From assembly GCF_964355755.1 (NCBI RefSeq), contig NC_092677.1, forward strand, positions 12,298,101 to 12,362,100: 64,000 bases of DNA, read 5' to 3'. The translations under genes and the position numbers were made by a program. Positions 37,518-49,600 of the stretch are shown one piece after another. Position 1 is the first letter of the stretch. Each line of letters opens with the position of its first letter. This DNA is from Antedon mediterranea. Taxonomy: Eukaryota > Animalia > Echinodermata. The notes under the pieces are model-generated. The model did no database searches and was not told where the DNA came from. It saw nothing but the letters and a program-made list of their open reading frames with translations.

Positions 37518-39181
37518 AGGTTCCTTGTTTTATTAACCTAATTCAAGGTCTAATTGACAGATAAGATTACTTAATCCAAGTTCATCTTTTAAGTATACTT
37601 AATGGTTTCGTTTCATCTTCATCGATCGATCGATGAAGCCAAGATTTCCTGACTTTTTTCAGTGTAGAACTTTAAGGAAGCAAGCATAAAAATACAAATC
37701 AAGATAAAGATAGGCCTATATATAAACAAAGCAACATACATTGTGAAATTCCTGTTCTTGTTCCAGGAATTTGAAAATGGATGTGGGTGGGGGGAGGTAT
37801 TTTAAATGAAGTGTACTATTATTTAAATTATATTCTTCAAAATGACAATAATAGTGTCTATTTTCATAATAGAATATTCATATTAAATACAGTATTCGGT
37901 CAAATTTAACTCAAATATGAAAGATGTAAAATGGCTATAAAAATAAGCCTTAATTATTTACATATATCAAGTATCATCATTTATAAATGATTTGAAGTAA
38001 TTAATTAAACTCTACAAACTGCCTGCCATTACCGCGAAAACATCATTTTTAGAAATATTCTTTCATGTTTTCCAAATTGAAAACATTAATTGCTTGTACG
38101 TACATCCACGAAATATAATTTATCCGCTGAACTGGGTAAGTATGCCGTTTCCGTGATGATGATCTAAAAATAGAGTTTAGGATTAGCGTGACCTGACGTA
38201 GGCCTAGTACTTAGATAATCTTCCTGTTTACATGGAAAATGATACACTGGCAAATGAATCTAGGTCATCCTATGTTGCATAAATTGTATATATTTATTTA
38301 TTTTCACCAATTGTACATATAGTCAAATTTCTCTACTTTGAATTCTAAATTAATTATTCATGTGATGATGATTATCATTTATAAAATGAAATTTCTAAAA
38401 CTATAAAAATTGTTGACGTAGCTACTGCCTAACACCATCTAAATTAGCAAGCGTCGCAGTTGAATACGTTATTGCACTATTACATTATAGTACGTTATAA
38501 GAGGATATTGAATGGCATAATGGAATAGTCTGTTTACTACAAAATACTCATTTAGTATACAAATTTATTAAACTTTTATCTAATATTCATAAGAACTATT
38601 CAAATGCACATTTTGGATTAAAATGAAAAGACAATAAAATCGTCTATTTCAACAAATTATATTACGATTTCTTACAATTTGATAACATTACAGTACTAGT
38701 ACAATAATATATTTTTAGTAAAATACACTTTTATGATAAATAAGTTAAACTGTACAATATATATATGGCAGTATAGACTAGTAGAAGACAAAAATGGCAT
38801 CTTTATAATATATTTCCAAATAAGCACAATTTCTTCCTAAATATGCACACATTTAGTGGGTAGTGAGTTTTACAGTCACTAAAGTGATTTGTCAAAGATC
38901 TTTCTTAAGGCCAACTCAGACAGCGTTGTATGAAAAGGCATCTCATGACAAGTCTCATGACAAGTCATCTCATCTGGATAATTGCGACGACCTAAAAACT
39001 ATGCATGACGCTATCTCAAAACTAATCACTAATTAATCACAGTCACGTTTCTTTGAGCCTCATATTACGACGCCATCTAGAATGTAGATACTAAAGTACT
39101 GCCATATCTAAAGTATCCGATACACTGCTAACTGGCCTCTCTGGCCCATGTCAGTCCATTCTAGATTGAAAAATCGCTTCC

Positions 39182-41689
39182 TCAAGATTCTGAACTTGTT
39201 AATTTCTTACTTTCTAACATGCGAGCCTTGTTCATGAATCGCTGGACGCGATTGAAATCAACTTCTTCAAACCATTTCCCTTCCATTTTAAACGAAGATC
39301 CAACTATGATGCCATTGGCACATGAATATTCATGAAGGTTGTCCTCGGTAACACCAGAGCCAATCAAAACGGGTATATCAACAACATTTTGTACAGCTGA
39401 AGATGGGATGAGAAAAACAATTAAGACAAAAGCTGGTAAATCACACCTTAAGAAATAACCTATCCATATAACTATTTGATGCTTTGTTTTATTCTTTTTT
39501 ATTTTTTCTTTTATTTACCCAAAAATAAGTTATAAACATTGTAAACAACATAAATAAAACATATATCAAGGGAAGGGTTAAAAAAAACAACTAATCTAGT
39601 TCAGCCCCTAAACATTGAAGAATAAATAGAAAAATAAATGAAAAAGGGCAACCTTTCTAAACTTAATATACATTCTATTGACATACCTTTTAGTTCTTCA
39701 ACACTAGCTGGATCTCCAGTAGCTCCACCTGTGATGACAACTCCATCACTGAGAAAGAATTCTGCAGCTTTGGCTGTATCAGTGATTTCAACATCACAAG
39801 TTAAAGCATGAGAACTGCAGATTTAAAAACACAAATGATTTGAAAGTTGAAAGATTTGAAAATCTTAATATTTAATTTAAAAAAAAACACATTTAAAAAC
39901 ACAATGGAAAAGTCAGAATACATCAAGTGATGTACTACATGTAAAATGATAAATACCTATGTTTTTTCTTTATATCAGTAAATATTTGTATATTTTCAGC
40001 TCCAATCTGTTTTCTATATCGTAAAAGTTCGCCAGCACAAGCATTCATCATCCCTTCATCAGCTATGTGAGCAAATACAAACCCCTCTGCTCGTATAAAA
40101 TCAAGACCTATAAAATAATTGTAAAAAAAATTTCTTTTTGAACAACCAAAAATTAATGCAAGCGAACTTACAGAACGTTTCGAAAAACCTATCTGGTTTC
40201 ATTCTCAACTGGCGTTTCATCGTCTAGCGTTGTTAATCCCATGACGACGATGAGTTGGTATAGCGCCATCGTCGTCATGGGATTAACAACGCTAGACGAT
40301 GAAACGCCAGTTGAGAATGAAACCAGATAGGTTTTTCGAAACGTTCTGTAAGTTCGCTTACATTAATTTTTGGTTGTTCAAAAAGAAATTTTATTTAATA
40401 CCTATTCTACAACCAGATGAAATTCTTCCAACATATAAAATAATAGTTAAACAATTTATAAGTTATAAGTATTCAAGTATAAACCCTATTTTTTCCCACG
40501 CATTGTACACTGCAGTTTATTAACAAAGGTTTTCTGATTTAATTTAAAAAAATTACTTTTATATCATACGCATCAAACACCAAGTAACTCGCCAATTACA
40601 GGATGGTTAAACTATTCTATAATTTATTGTGCTTATAAACCATGGAGTATGGTGTTGATAGGGAGGTTGGTGACAACCCTAGCACTAGGTCAGGATAGAA
40701 CCCAGGACCCTGGGATTGGAAGGCAAGCATGTTAACCACCAAGATACAGCTGCTCCACGACTTTTTTCAGAGTTTATATTTTCATATTTGAAACTTATTA
40801 GTGCATCCTCTGATTGATAAATATTTACTATACACAAATACAAATTTATAATTTTTATTTTTACCTGTTGCTAATGCTATTGCTAAAGCTTGCTTGTTTG
40901 CTCCTGATAAAACCTGTATTCCTAAAGGAATATCTGGACAATCCTTGCGGATCTGATAACATGTTGTCGTCATCGATGCCGTTATTTCATGGCTCACTTC
41001 ATTGGAATGCATGTAAGGAAGGTCATGCATATTCTCAATTAGGATGCCATCCTGAAACAAATTATTATTACCAATAATCCAATATAAATTAATTTTTATT
41101 TTTATCAAAAAAATATTGGGTAACAAAGTATATTCATACATAAAAGTACCCACAATTCCCAGTTTCTTGTAGCCTTCTGCTTCTGTACAAGCAATTTCAG
41201 TAATGTCTTCTACTTTTAAGCGATTTCGTGGAGTTCCTACAAATCACAAAACAAAGAAAAAAAACACAAATATACAATAATTAATACTCAATTTATAATT
41301 ATTTAACCGCTGCGCAGCAGTGAAGTGTTATTTAAAGTTTAGATGCGAAAGTACATTAGCGCCATAGAATGTGCACCGTCACGTCACAAAAACGTGATTA
41401 CCCTCTAGGCCCTAGAACTCAGATCCGCACTGTCTATCACAGGCGAATGAGCCTGGCCCATGCCATATGCATATAATATTAATAATAGGGCCTACCTAGA
41501 TAGGCCTACTAGGCCCTATAAATTGAAACCAATATTTATTATTTAAATTAAAACATATTTTATTTAAAAAATGTACAGTTCATTATTTTAATATTTAATA
41601 AACTAACCCGGTAGAGATTTCAAATGTATCATTCCAATTATTGCAGTATTACCCTTTTTGAAAAGTCGTGTAAATTTCTGCAGAGCCAT
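39182..41689 (-). CDS. BtpA/SgcQ-family TIM-barrel protein (C. elegans F13E9.13-like), 6 exons, ~281 aa
   Basis: Phase-consistent exons 41689-41608, 41236-41154, 41051-40865, 40107-39957, 39814-39687, 39396-39182. Motifs IIGMIHLKSLPGTP, DGILIENMHDLPY, FIRAEGFVFAHIADEG, DIKKKHSSHA, EFFLSDGVVITGGATG, LIGSGVT, GIIVGSSFK. Confidence 0.92.
40127..40392. repeat. Long near-perfect inverted repeat (126-bp arms, 14-nt loop) in intron 3 of the BtpA-family gene
   Basis: Arm 1 40127-40252, loop AGTTGGTATAGCGC, arm 2 40267-40392; one mismatch seen (AATGCAAG vs CTTACATT). Confidence 0.95.
40630..40757 (-). mobile_element. tRNA-derived SINE fragment (tRNA-Gly-like head)
   Basis: Minus strand GGAGCAGCTGTATCTTGGTGGTTAACATGCTTGCCTTCCAATCCCAGGGTCCTGGGTTCTATCCTGACC: degenerate A and B boxes, no intact cloverleaf. 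Confidence 0.55.
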
Positions 41690-41928
41690 GTTTAATTGTT
41701 TGTTTTGCTCCTTTGACATTGACTACACGTACGTGTTCTTGCGGTTCAGCACGATTATCTCTATACGTTTCAGGTTTAGTTCGTATTTTACTTTAAACTT
41801 TGATCTCGCGCGAAAAATTGATTTTCAGGAAGTAAACAAAACAGTGTTTGGAATCTTCATCTATATGAAACAAATTAGAAGAAGTAAATTTGGGTATTGT
41901 ATGTAGCTTTTTTGTAAAATTGAAGACG
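41690..41928. promoter_or_regulatory. Compact bidirectional promoter (BtpA-like / GINS3) with an E2F-type site
   Basis: Only 239 bp separate the two divergent ATGs; GCGCGAAA (reverse TTTCGCGC, E2F consensus) at 41808-41815. Confidence 0.7.
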
Positions 41929-42760
41929 ATGAATATTCAAAAGAGATACATGAAACATGGCAGTCATACTGAAAATTATTTCAACATACATGATATTTTA
42001 GCAAGTCATGAAAAAATTCCTTGTGTATATGAAGTCCCAATTTTGAGGCTTGGATTCTTGGATGCCAGCACAGATAGTCCTGATATCCCACCAAATACCA
42101 AGATGGAACTCCCTTACTGGCTAGCCTCAAGCCTTCAAACTAGAAAGAAGAAAATTGTCAGTATTGAGCTTCCGAAGCAGTATCGTGAAGGACATCGAGA
42201 CATATTACGGGCAGACGCTAATGTGGTTGACTTGCATAAAATGGGACCATATTATTATGCATTTGGAAGTAAACTGATGAATTTTGATCACGTTGAAGTT
42301 GATGATATTGGTAAAAGCCTAACACATGTATGTAGAATCTGACATTGCTGTTTAATCTACTAATGAATAAAAAAACTATTGTTAATTTGACAGCTTGCCC
42401 TGGTATAACAACAAGCCAGGTGCAACTTTTAGTTATTTAAATTTTATATTTATTACTGTACGTAATTTGTTCTATGTTACATAAATTTTACTTATCAATA
42501 ACATTTTTTCTTTTTAATTTCAGACTTTTTCAGCTCGTTTCCGAAAAATAATGGATTCATCTCTCAATTGTTACAAGGGCGACACAACAAAATTAAGAAG
42601 TAAATTAGATAACAATGAGAGAATGCTGTTCACTGCTGGACAACTAAGTTTACATGATTACCAAAAATGGGAACAACGCAGCACCGACAAGATACAAGCT
42701 TCGGAGATGGTTACTAACCATCGCAAGAGAAAGCGTGCTGTAATGGAGCAAAATAACTGA
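41929..42760 (+). CDS. GINS3: DNA replication complex GINS subunit PSF3, 2 exons, ~211 aa
   Basis: Exons 41929-42327 and 42524-42760, phase 0. YFNIHDILASHEKIPC, LGFLD, KMELPYWLA, ADANVVDLHKMGPYYYAFG, TFSARFRKIMDSSLN, C-terminal HRKRKR. Confidence 0.95.
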
Positions 42761-43399
42761 GTGATCTGATTGCACAATCATTTCAACAGTGCTTGAGATA
42801 ATACGTTGAACCTTTATTAAAACATGTTGACTGATCTTTAAGCAGCAGAAAAAAAGAACACTTTTTTTTCATTTCATTTATTTTCCATACAAAATAAAAC
42901 AAGTAGATCAAAACTTTGAGATTAAAATGAAATAGTATAACATGGAAGGATGCCTTTATAGAACAAATGTCACTTAAGCAAGGAATTTGAATGGCTATTA
43001 ATAAAAAATACAAAGTAAATGAAAGGAAAAAAGTAAAAATAATTAAAAAATAGATTTTGACATGTATATTTCTGTAAAAATCTTTATTGTCAATATTTGG
43101 CTTATAATATCACATGTTTTGGTACTTGATAAACAAGACCTACCTAACTACATATGTATAAGCATGGTAGAAATTAGAAATATTGTAAATTAGTATTATT
43201 ATTATTATTTGAGATAGAATGCCCAATTAAATAGATGTCAAAAATGTAAATTAGAATTTATTTTTCTATTTATTTTTTATTTTCTTTCTTTCAATTCTAT
43301 TTTTGTCTGTTAATATAAGTGAATTTCCATTTTTATGGACAAATAAAATTTCTTGAATCTTGAATTAGCAAAATCATTTTTGTGTTAAAACCATAAAAC

Positions 43400-43460
43400 T
43401 GTAAAAGCGCCCTCTGGTGAAGTAAGCGCCGTTTTTATAACAAGATGGCTGCTTCCTTGC
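43400..43460 (+). promoter_or_regulatory. Probable promoter/TSS of the RPUSD2 locus
   Basis: CTCF-like GCGCCCTCTGGTG (~43407-43419) and YY1-like CAAGATGGCTGC (43441-43452). Confidence 0.5.
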
Positions 43461-43605
43461 TTATGAAAACATGGTGATGAAAAGTTGATTGTATTTGTTC
43501 AATATTAATGTATTTTTTAGAATTTTATATTTATAAAACCTGTAATAAGATTCTAGATTTGATTTACTGTCTTTTCAAACGTGTATAGTAACGTTAACTA
43601 ACTGT

Positions 43606-46600
43606 ATGAGGGCATTAAGTGTAGGCCTCACCAATTTGTCTGCACTGCAAGTTAAAACATCTAAGCTCGACAAACGCCTTGCACCACTAGAAGCTATTGG
43701 CGTGATTGACAGTATTATTCGGCCTAACAGTAACACTAAACTTGTATCAAGCGGCTCTAGCATGTCGACTACTGAGGAGTGTGAAGATACATTGGAAATG
43801 AGTTCACCAGATACTAGTAAAGTAGGAAAGAAATCTAAAAAGGTTTGTTTTAATAATATTAACAATAATATTTTTTAAAAAGACCATTTATTTTTGTTTT
43901 GTTGATTTATAATAATTAATTAATATTTGTTTTGACCCCTTACAATTGATGCCAGCCTATTAATAAAAACTAATGTACATGATATAGTACTGTATTATTA
44001 GTAATAGTAGGCCCTTGTTTTTTTTTTCTTTATTTCATTCAAACATTTTTACCAAATACAGTACAAGTCTGCTCTAGAGCTAGGTGAGGGCTCTTTGTCT
44101 TCAGCTTAAAATATGAAACAAAAATACTTTTAAATAATGCTAATATAGTATTACTGTAAATTCTCGCATTAAGTCGTACGCACGAATGTATTGATTTGAT
44201 TTTTTTAATCGGTGGAATCGCTACGCAGACAAAGTTAATATGACAATTTTCGATATTTACACTTTTGTGGATTGATGTAAAAGAGAGAAGTACTGTACAG
44301 GTAGCTGCTACCCTGAATGCTCAACATCTAATCAACATACTACAGCGTCAATCTATAATGATTATGCACAGTAAGACATTATTCTGTACAGTATATTCAA
44401 ATATTTTTCATTTATACGGTACTTCAAAAAATGCGAGAATTTATGGTATGTGAGTATATTTTTCTATTAATTTTAATGTACTGTAGTATACAAACAGCAG
44501 TATCTAAATCTTAGTTTCCTATGCATGATTTGTGTAGTCACTTTTGATTGGCTGACCAATCATACTTAGACTGATACAATGAGTTACTTATAAAATGTTA
44601 AATTTCTAGCAAGGTTTTTCTTTTTCAAACTTGATTACTGTATTGTAATAATTCAGTCTAGGTGTTAATACTGTAGAAAACATGTACTTTTTTTTCTCTA
44701 TAAAAGGAAAAGAGATCAGAAGCCTACAATTGTGGTTTGTGCAACGAGATATGTGAAAATGAAGCAATCTTATGTGATACATGTCACAATTTTTACCACA
44801 GCAAGTGTGAAAATATAACGCCGAGTTTAAAATTACAGTTGAGTTATTTGATGCAAGAGTTTGTTTGCAGCAATTGTTGCCAAAAGGATAACTATGACTT
44901 TGAAGCTGCCATCTCTCGACTTTCCCAGTCTGCGGTGATCGGACAGTTAGATTCTGGGGTACAAATGGAAAAAATTCTATTGAGAGACAAACCAGAATTT
45001 AATGTACAACACACCTTGCAGAAAGGTAAATATGTAATCGATAGAGTTGCAAGAAGTATTCTAAAAAAATATGCAAAACATATAACATCTTTTCCTGTGG
45101 CTATTGAACGAGATGGAAACTGTTTGTTTAGTGCCTTATCAGTGGCTGTACATGGTAATGCCACAAAAGCTGCAGAATTACGCACGCGGACAGCTATAGA
45201 AATGGTTTCGCATCGTAAGTTTTATCAGAGTGTGCACGTTAGATCGGGAATACTACTTGTCTCTCCCGACTTAGAAGAAGCGTGTTTAGACTGTGCGCAA
45301 AACGGCTGTTACTCCTCGGCTTGGACAATCCATGCTGCGTCTTCTGTCCTAGGCCGCCCGATAAGGTCCATCTATCCACCCGTGAATGGTCTTCACGATC
45401 GATGCTATGAGATAATGGATCGTACGTTTTCCCCACGAATCTTGATAGACAGTAGCGATGTAACGATTATGTGGAGCGGTGAGAATCCTTCTGGTAGAAA
45501 GGCTTGGATTCCTAATCATTTTGTTCCGCTGCTGCGGTTAGAGAAAGATGATCCCATTGTTGAAAACACTGATCTTCAATATACTGCTGTAAGTTTCAAT
45601 GAAATTGTCCCCAGAAAAATGAAACATGATAAATTAATATCAAACAAATAGAAATAATAAATAAATAAATTTGGACTTTTAAGCGCATAATGCATAATAT
45701 AAATAAAAGTAATCCATGAAATAAATAATATAAAATAGAAATTAAAAATAGACATTTTAAACCCATAATTCCCTTTTAAAAGATACAAATAATTTTCATT
45801 AAGTTCCCTCTTATTAATAATGGAATATTCCAAGAAAAGTCTGATTATAAGTTTCCTAGACCATTAAATATTAAATATAATATAGAATTGTATTTGTTAC
45901 ATATGTGATATGTGTATTATAGAAGTCTATATTATTATTATTATTTTTTTTTTTAACTATTATTTTTATAGCCTTTAAAGTAAGCACAGTAATTGAATTT
46001 AAAAAAAATTTTTTTTTTTAAAGGTATATACAATGGTGAATAATGAAGTAGTGGTATCAACGGACAACAGTGGCATTTCATTGGAACTTGATCCTGCTAT
46101 ACTATATGGTAAGGATATTGTGAACACTAGTGTTTTCTAAATGAGTGATCATCGATTGTATTTCACTACCTAAACTATATTAGTCCATAAATTTATTCAA
46201 GAAATATGGTGTGACCACCACCACCAAGTTTTTCCCATGTTCATGAAGAGTTTGACATCAAAAGAACAAAAAAATGAGCTCCTTAGTCCTCTGGTAATAA
46301 AAATAAAGCTCTGTCATTTACTAGTTTGACAACAAAAATGTAATGTGCCCAAATATTGTAGTGATATTCCCAAATAGGGTAGTGCTATGACATCATGTCC
46401 ATATATGAGCACATCACATTTTTTTGTCACAAAAAGTTTGATAGTGTAGACAGAGCTTTAGGTTTCTCTAGAGTTGACTCTATTTTGACCAGATTTTCTG
46501 TATTGAATATATAAGTGCATTCTGTATTGAATATATAAGTGCATTCTGTATTGAAGACACCAAGCTTGATGATGTACTACTGCTGTATATTGCATAATGG

Positions 46601-49600
46601 TAAAGAATATACCTGTGCCATATCACTTATGACCTTGGGCAAGATACTTTACCCTCATATCTCGTCCTTCGGATGACACATAAAGCTGTTGATCCTGTGT
46701 GCCTAGAATAGTAACTAATGATCGATTTAGTTAACTTTGACTCAAGAAGATAACCTTTTTTTTTCTTTTTTTTTACACAGAAGAGTTACCTGTGGTAGGG
46801 ACGCCCATTGATTGTCCAAGTGACAATCCGCTGAAGAGTCCAGAACGCTTCTTGACACCAAACGAAATTTTCAAAATCATGCTCTCTGAAAAACCAACTA
46901 GTACCTCCATTCCTAACGGTATCAAACATAACGTTTACTTTCTTCTTGACAACAGCGTAAATATTTCCCGTTGGGCAAACGGTCAGCGATCGCAGTACAA
47001 AGACGATTGCAACTGGTCCACTAAAACATCTTCTAACCGTCACTACTACGTATTGGTAGATGATCATTTGAGCTATGTAGATAAAAAGGACGGCTTATTC
47101 TGTAAAGACGTTAATCATAAGCGTATACCTATTGAACCGCAACCTGAAGAAGACAGTATTATTTTGTTCAGGCGCTACTATGCTACGCACAAAGATTTGT
47201 TGTCTTTCAAAAAGAAAATTTCTGTTGTGCTTGAGTGCCCTGGTCGTTTAGACCACCTTAAATCACTTTCAGTAATAGAATATGTAGGTCCGTGGCCAAC
47301 AAACTACCAAACAAACTACCCAACAATGACAAGTTCCCCGAAAAAACGTAAGATAATAAAAAAGCCAAATGAAACATTTGATGAACAAGCAAATGCTGTT
47401 CAAATGATCCAATGAATATGGTAATTATTAGTAAGTTAATCTAAAATTAACTAGACAGTCTTTGCTCAATTTTCCAGGAAGTTGTGTTTATATATTAATG
47501 TATTATACAGATTTTAAGTTTAGTACTGTGAACAATGTGACTGCTGATCCAAATTTGAAGTTTTTATTTTGAACCTGGTATAGAAATATGTCGGTTTTTA
47601 TTTTTTTTTTTATTAGTTTTTATGAAATTAAAGCGATAACCAGTTTGTATCTAATTTTAGGGATAACCATTTTTTTTATGCAATATTTCACTTAGAAGCT
47701 CCTCACAGCCTTAGTAGCTCCTCACAGCCTTAGTCTAGAGGAGCCTCTGCAACATATAACATATGAGCTTAGCACCAGATAAACCAGTTTAATAATAGGG
47801 ATAACCAGCTTTTATGAAATTGATAAAGGAATCTTTTTCAAGTTATTATTAGTTCAACTTGTTTCAAACTATATATAATCCACATTGCCATTTATCTGGT
47901 AACTTAAAAAATACTAATTCCCTACAATTGTTTATGTTTTGTAAAAATAATGCATGTATATATTAATTTTTTTATTTTTATCAGAATCCATAATACAAAA
48001 GATCACAGAAGAAAAACAAAAATATCAATCCGCTCACAATGTATGTTGGGATTTATAGTGGGCCGCTAAAACTATTAGAATCAACTTATTTTTAACCGTT
48101 AAGATCGCAATAGGACCATAGAGTATTTATTTTTACATTAAATGTAGTTTGTGACCGTATATTAGATCTAAAAAACGTAGGGAATGGGACTTTAAAGGAA
48201 AAATTCCTATCTAAGTGAATACAATTAAGGGAAATATGATTGGTGAATACGGTGGCTGATATCTAATGTAAATGTTGCTACATTGATACAGAGACATCGT
48301 TTAAGCTTGGTTGCCACTAGGATGCAACGAAAAAAGCACCCATTAGGCTGCAACACAGGGATGTAAGCGCACGTAATTTGACCAATCGCAAGTGATGGTT
48401 ATTCAAACTGTTTCTTGTCATTGGTCAACTTGATTGCATTGCATCCTACCACAAGTACTTTCATTATTTTGTGGACTCTGTGATGTACTGTATAAAAAAA
48501 TGTCCAGTATGTGTGTAAAATAATATTTTAGTAAAATTAATACAATTCTTAAAAGTTATTTTGTAATTATTCAAGATATGTATGGTTAAATAAATAGTTC
48601 CTTTTAAGGAAAGATTCATTAAAGCTAACATGTATTTTGTATAGTTTATTTTTCACAGTATAACGGCGTAACAGCCATAAATGCTCACTGGCTAAATCCA
48701 GGGGCCTCTGAGCTTACGGGGACCTCTGAACAGACATTAAAATGTGTTGAAAAAGGCTATAAAAGGCCCAAGGCCTCCACGTTGGAAACTTGGTGTCACT
48801 AAACCAGCCTTAGGCCTCCGCATTACAGCTATGAGCACTCACTGGCTAAACCTAGGGGCCCCAGAGCTCGATCAGTCCAATGCAACTACCCAGCGTTGGA
48901 AGATGCCTTAGAAGTGCTAAACCAGGGGCCTTTACCCCATGTGATATACCACTGCTCTGCGTTATACCACTGGACGAAAGAAGTTTGAATAAAATTCTTC
49001 CAAGTAGATTATATTGTATTGCTTATTACTGTAGCATTTGTCACAATTTCTGGATTCTTGTTTCATAAAGTTGCTTTTGTCATTTTAGGCGAACAAGATT
49101 AGACCAATAAAAATTGAGAAATTTAGGAATGACTCGAGATTTGATGAAACAAGCTATTACTTTAAAGATGGTAAGGATAGATAAATTAAAATTGTTCTTC
49201 TTTACCTAATACAGTAGTAAAAAAGTAATAATAATAATTGGTCATAAATTATACGTTTTAGTAAATCATATGGCAGTGACATATCCAGGAATTGGATATA
49301 AATAGGTGGTGAGCTCAGGGCATAAACATTATAGAATTAAGTGCCAAAAGTAATCAATATGTCTCAATATTGGTCTTCATCAAATTCCACACAAACCCTG
49401 AATTATATCAATTATATTACAGGTCTACGATATGTTAAGCCATACAGTTTTGTTTTCCAATGTCATATCAAAGGAAGATGGTTTGGAAAGAAAATTATTG
49501 ATGTCTGCAAAAAAGAATTCCGGGCTGAAGCACCAGATTTCTACGTAAGAAGAGTTATTTTTTATTTCTTTTTTTTGTCTTTACATTCTGCATTGAATGT

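Noticed and set aside
38153-38197. C/D box snoRNA (GTGATGA...CTGA)
   Set aside because: Only ~45 nt between boxes, no convincing terminal stem, and not within an identified intron.
39182-41689. Recent horizontal transfer or bacterial contamination for the BtpA-family gene
   Set aside because: Five canonical introns, host-like composition, and the family is already known in animals.
43445-43560. Upstream coding exon MAASLLMKT spliced to the acceptor at 43557
   Set aside because: The join TG|A creates a TGA stop and other nearby acceptors are out of phase, so it is treated as a uORF or 5' UTR.
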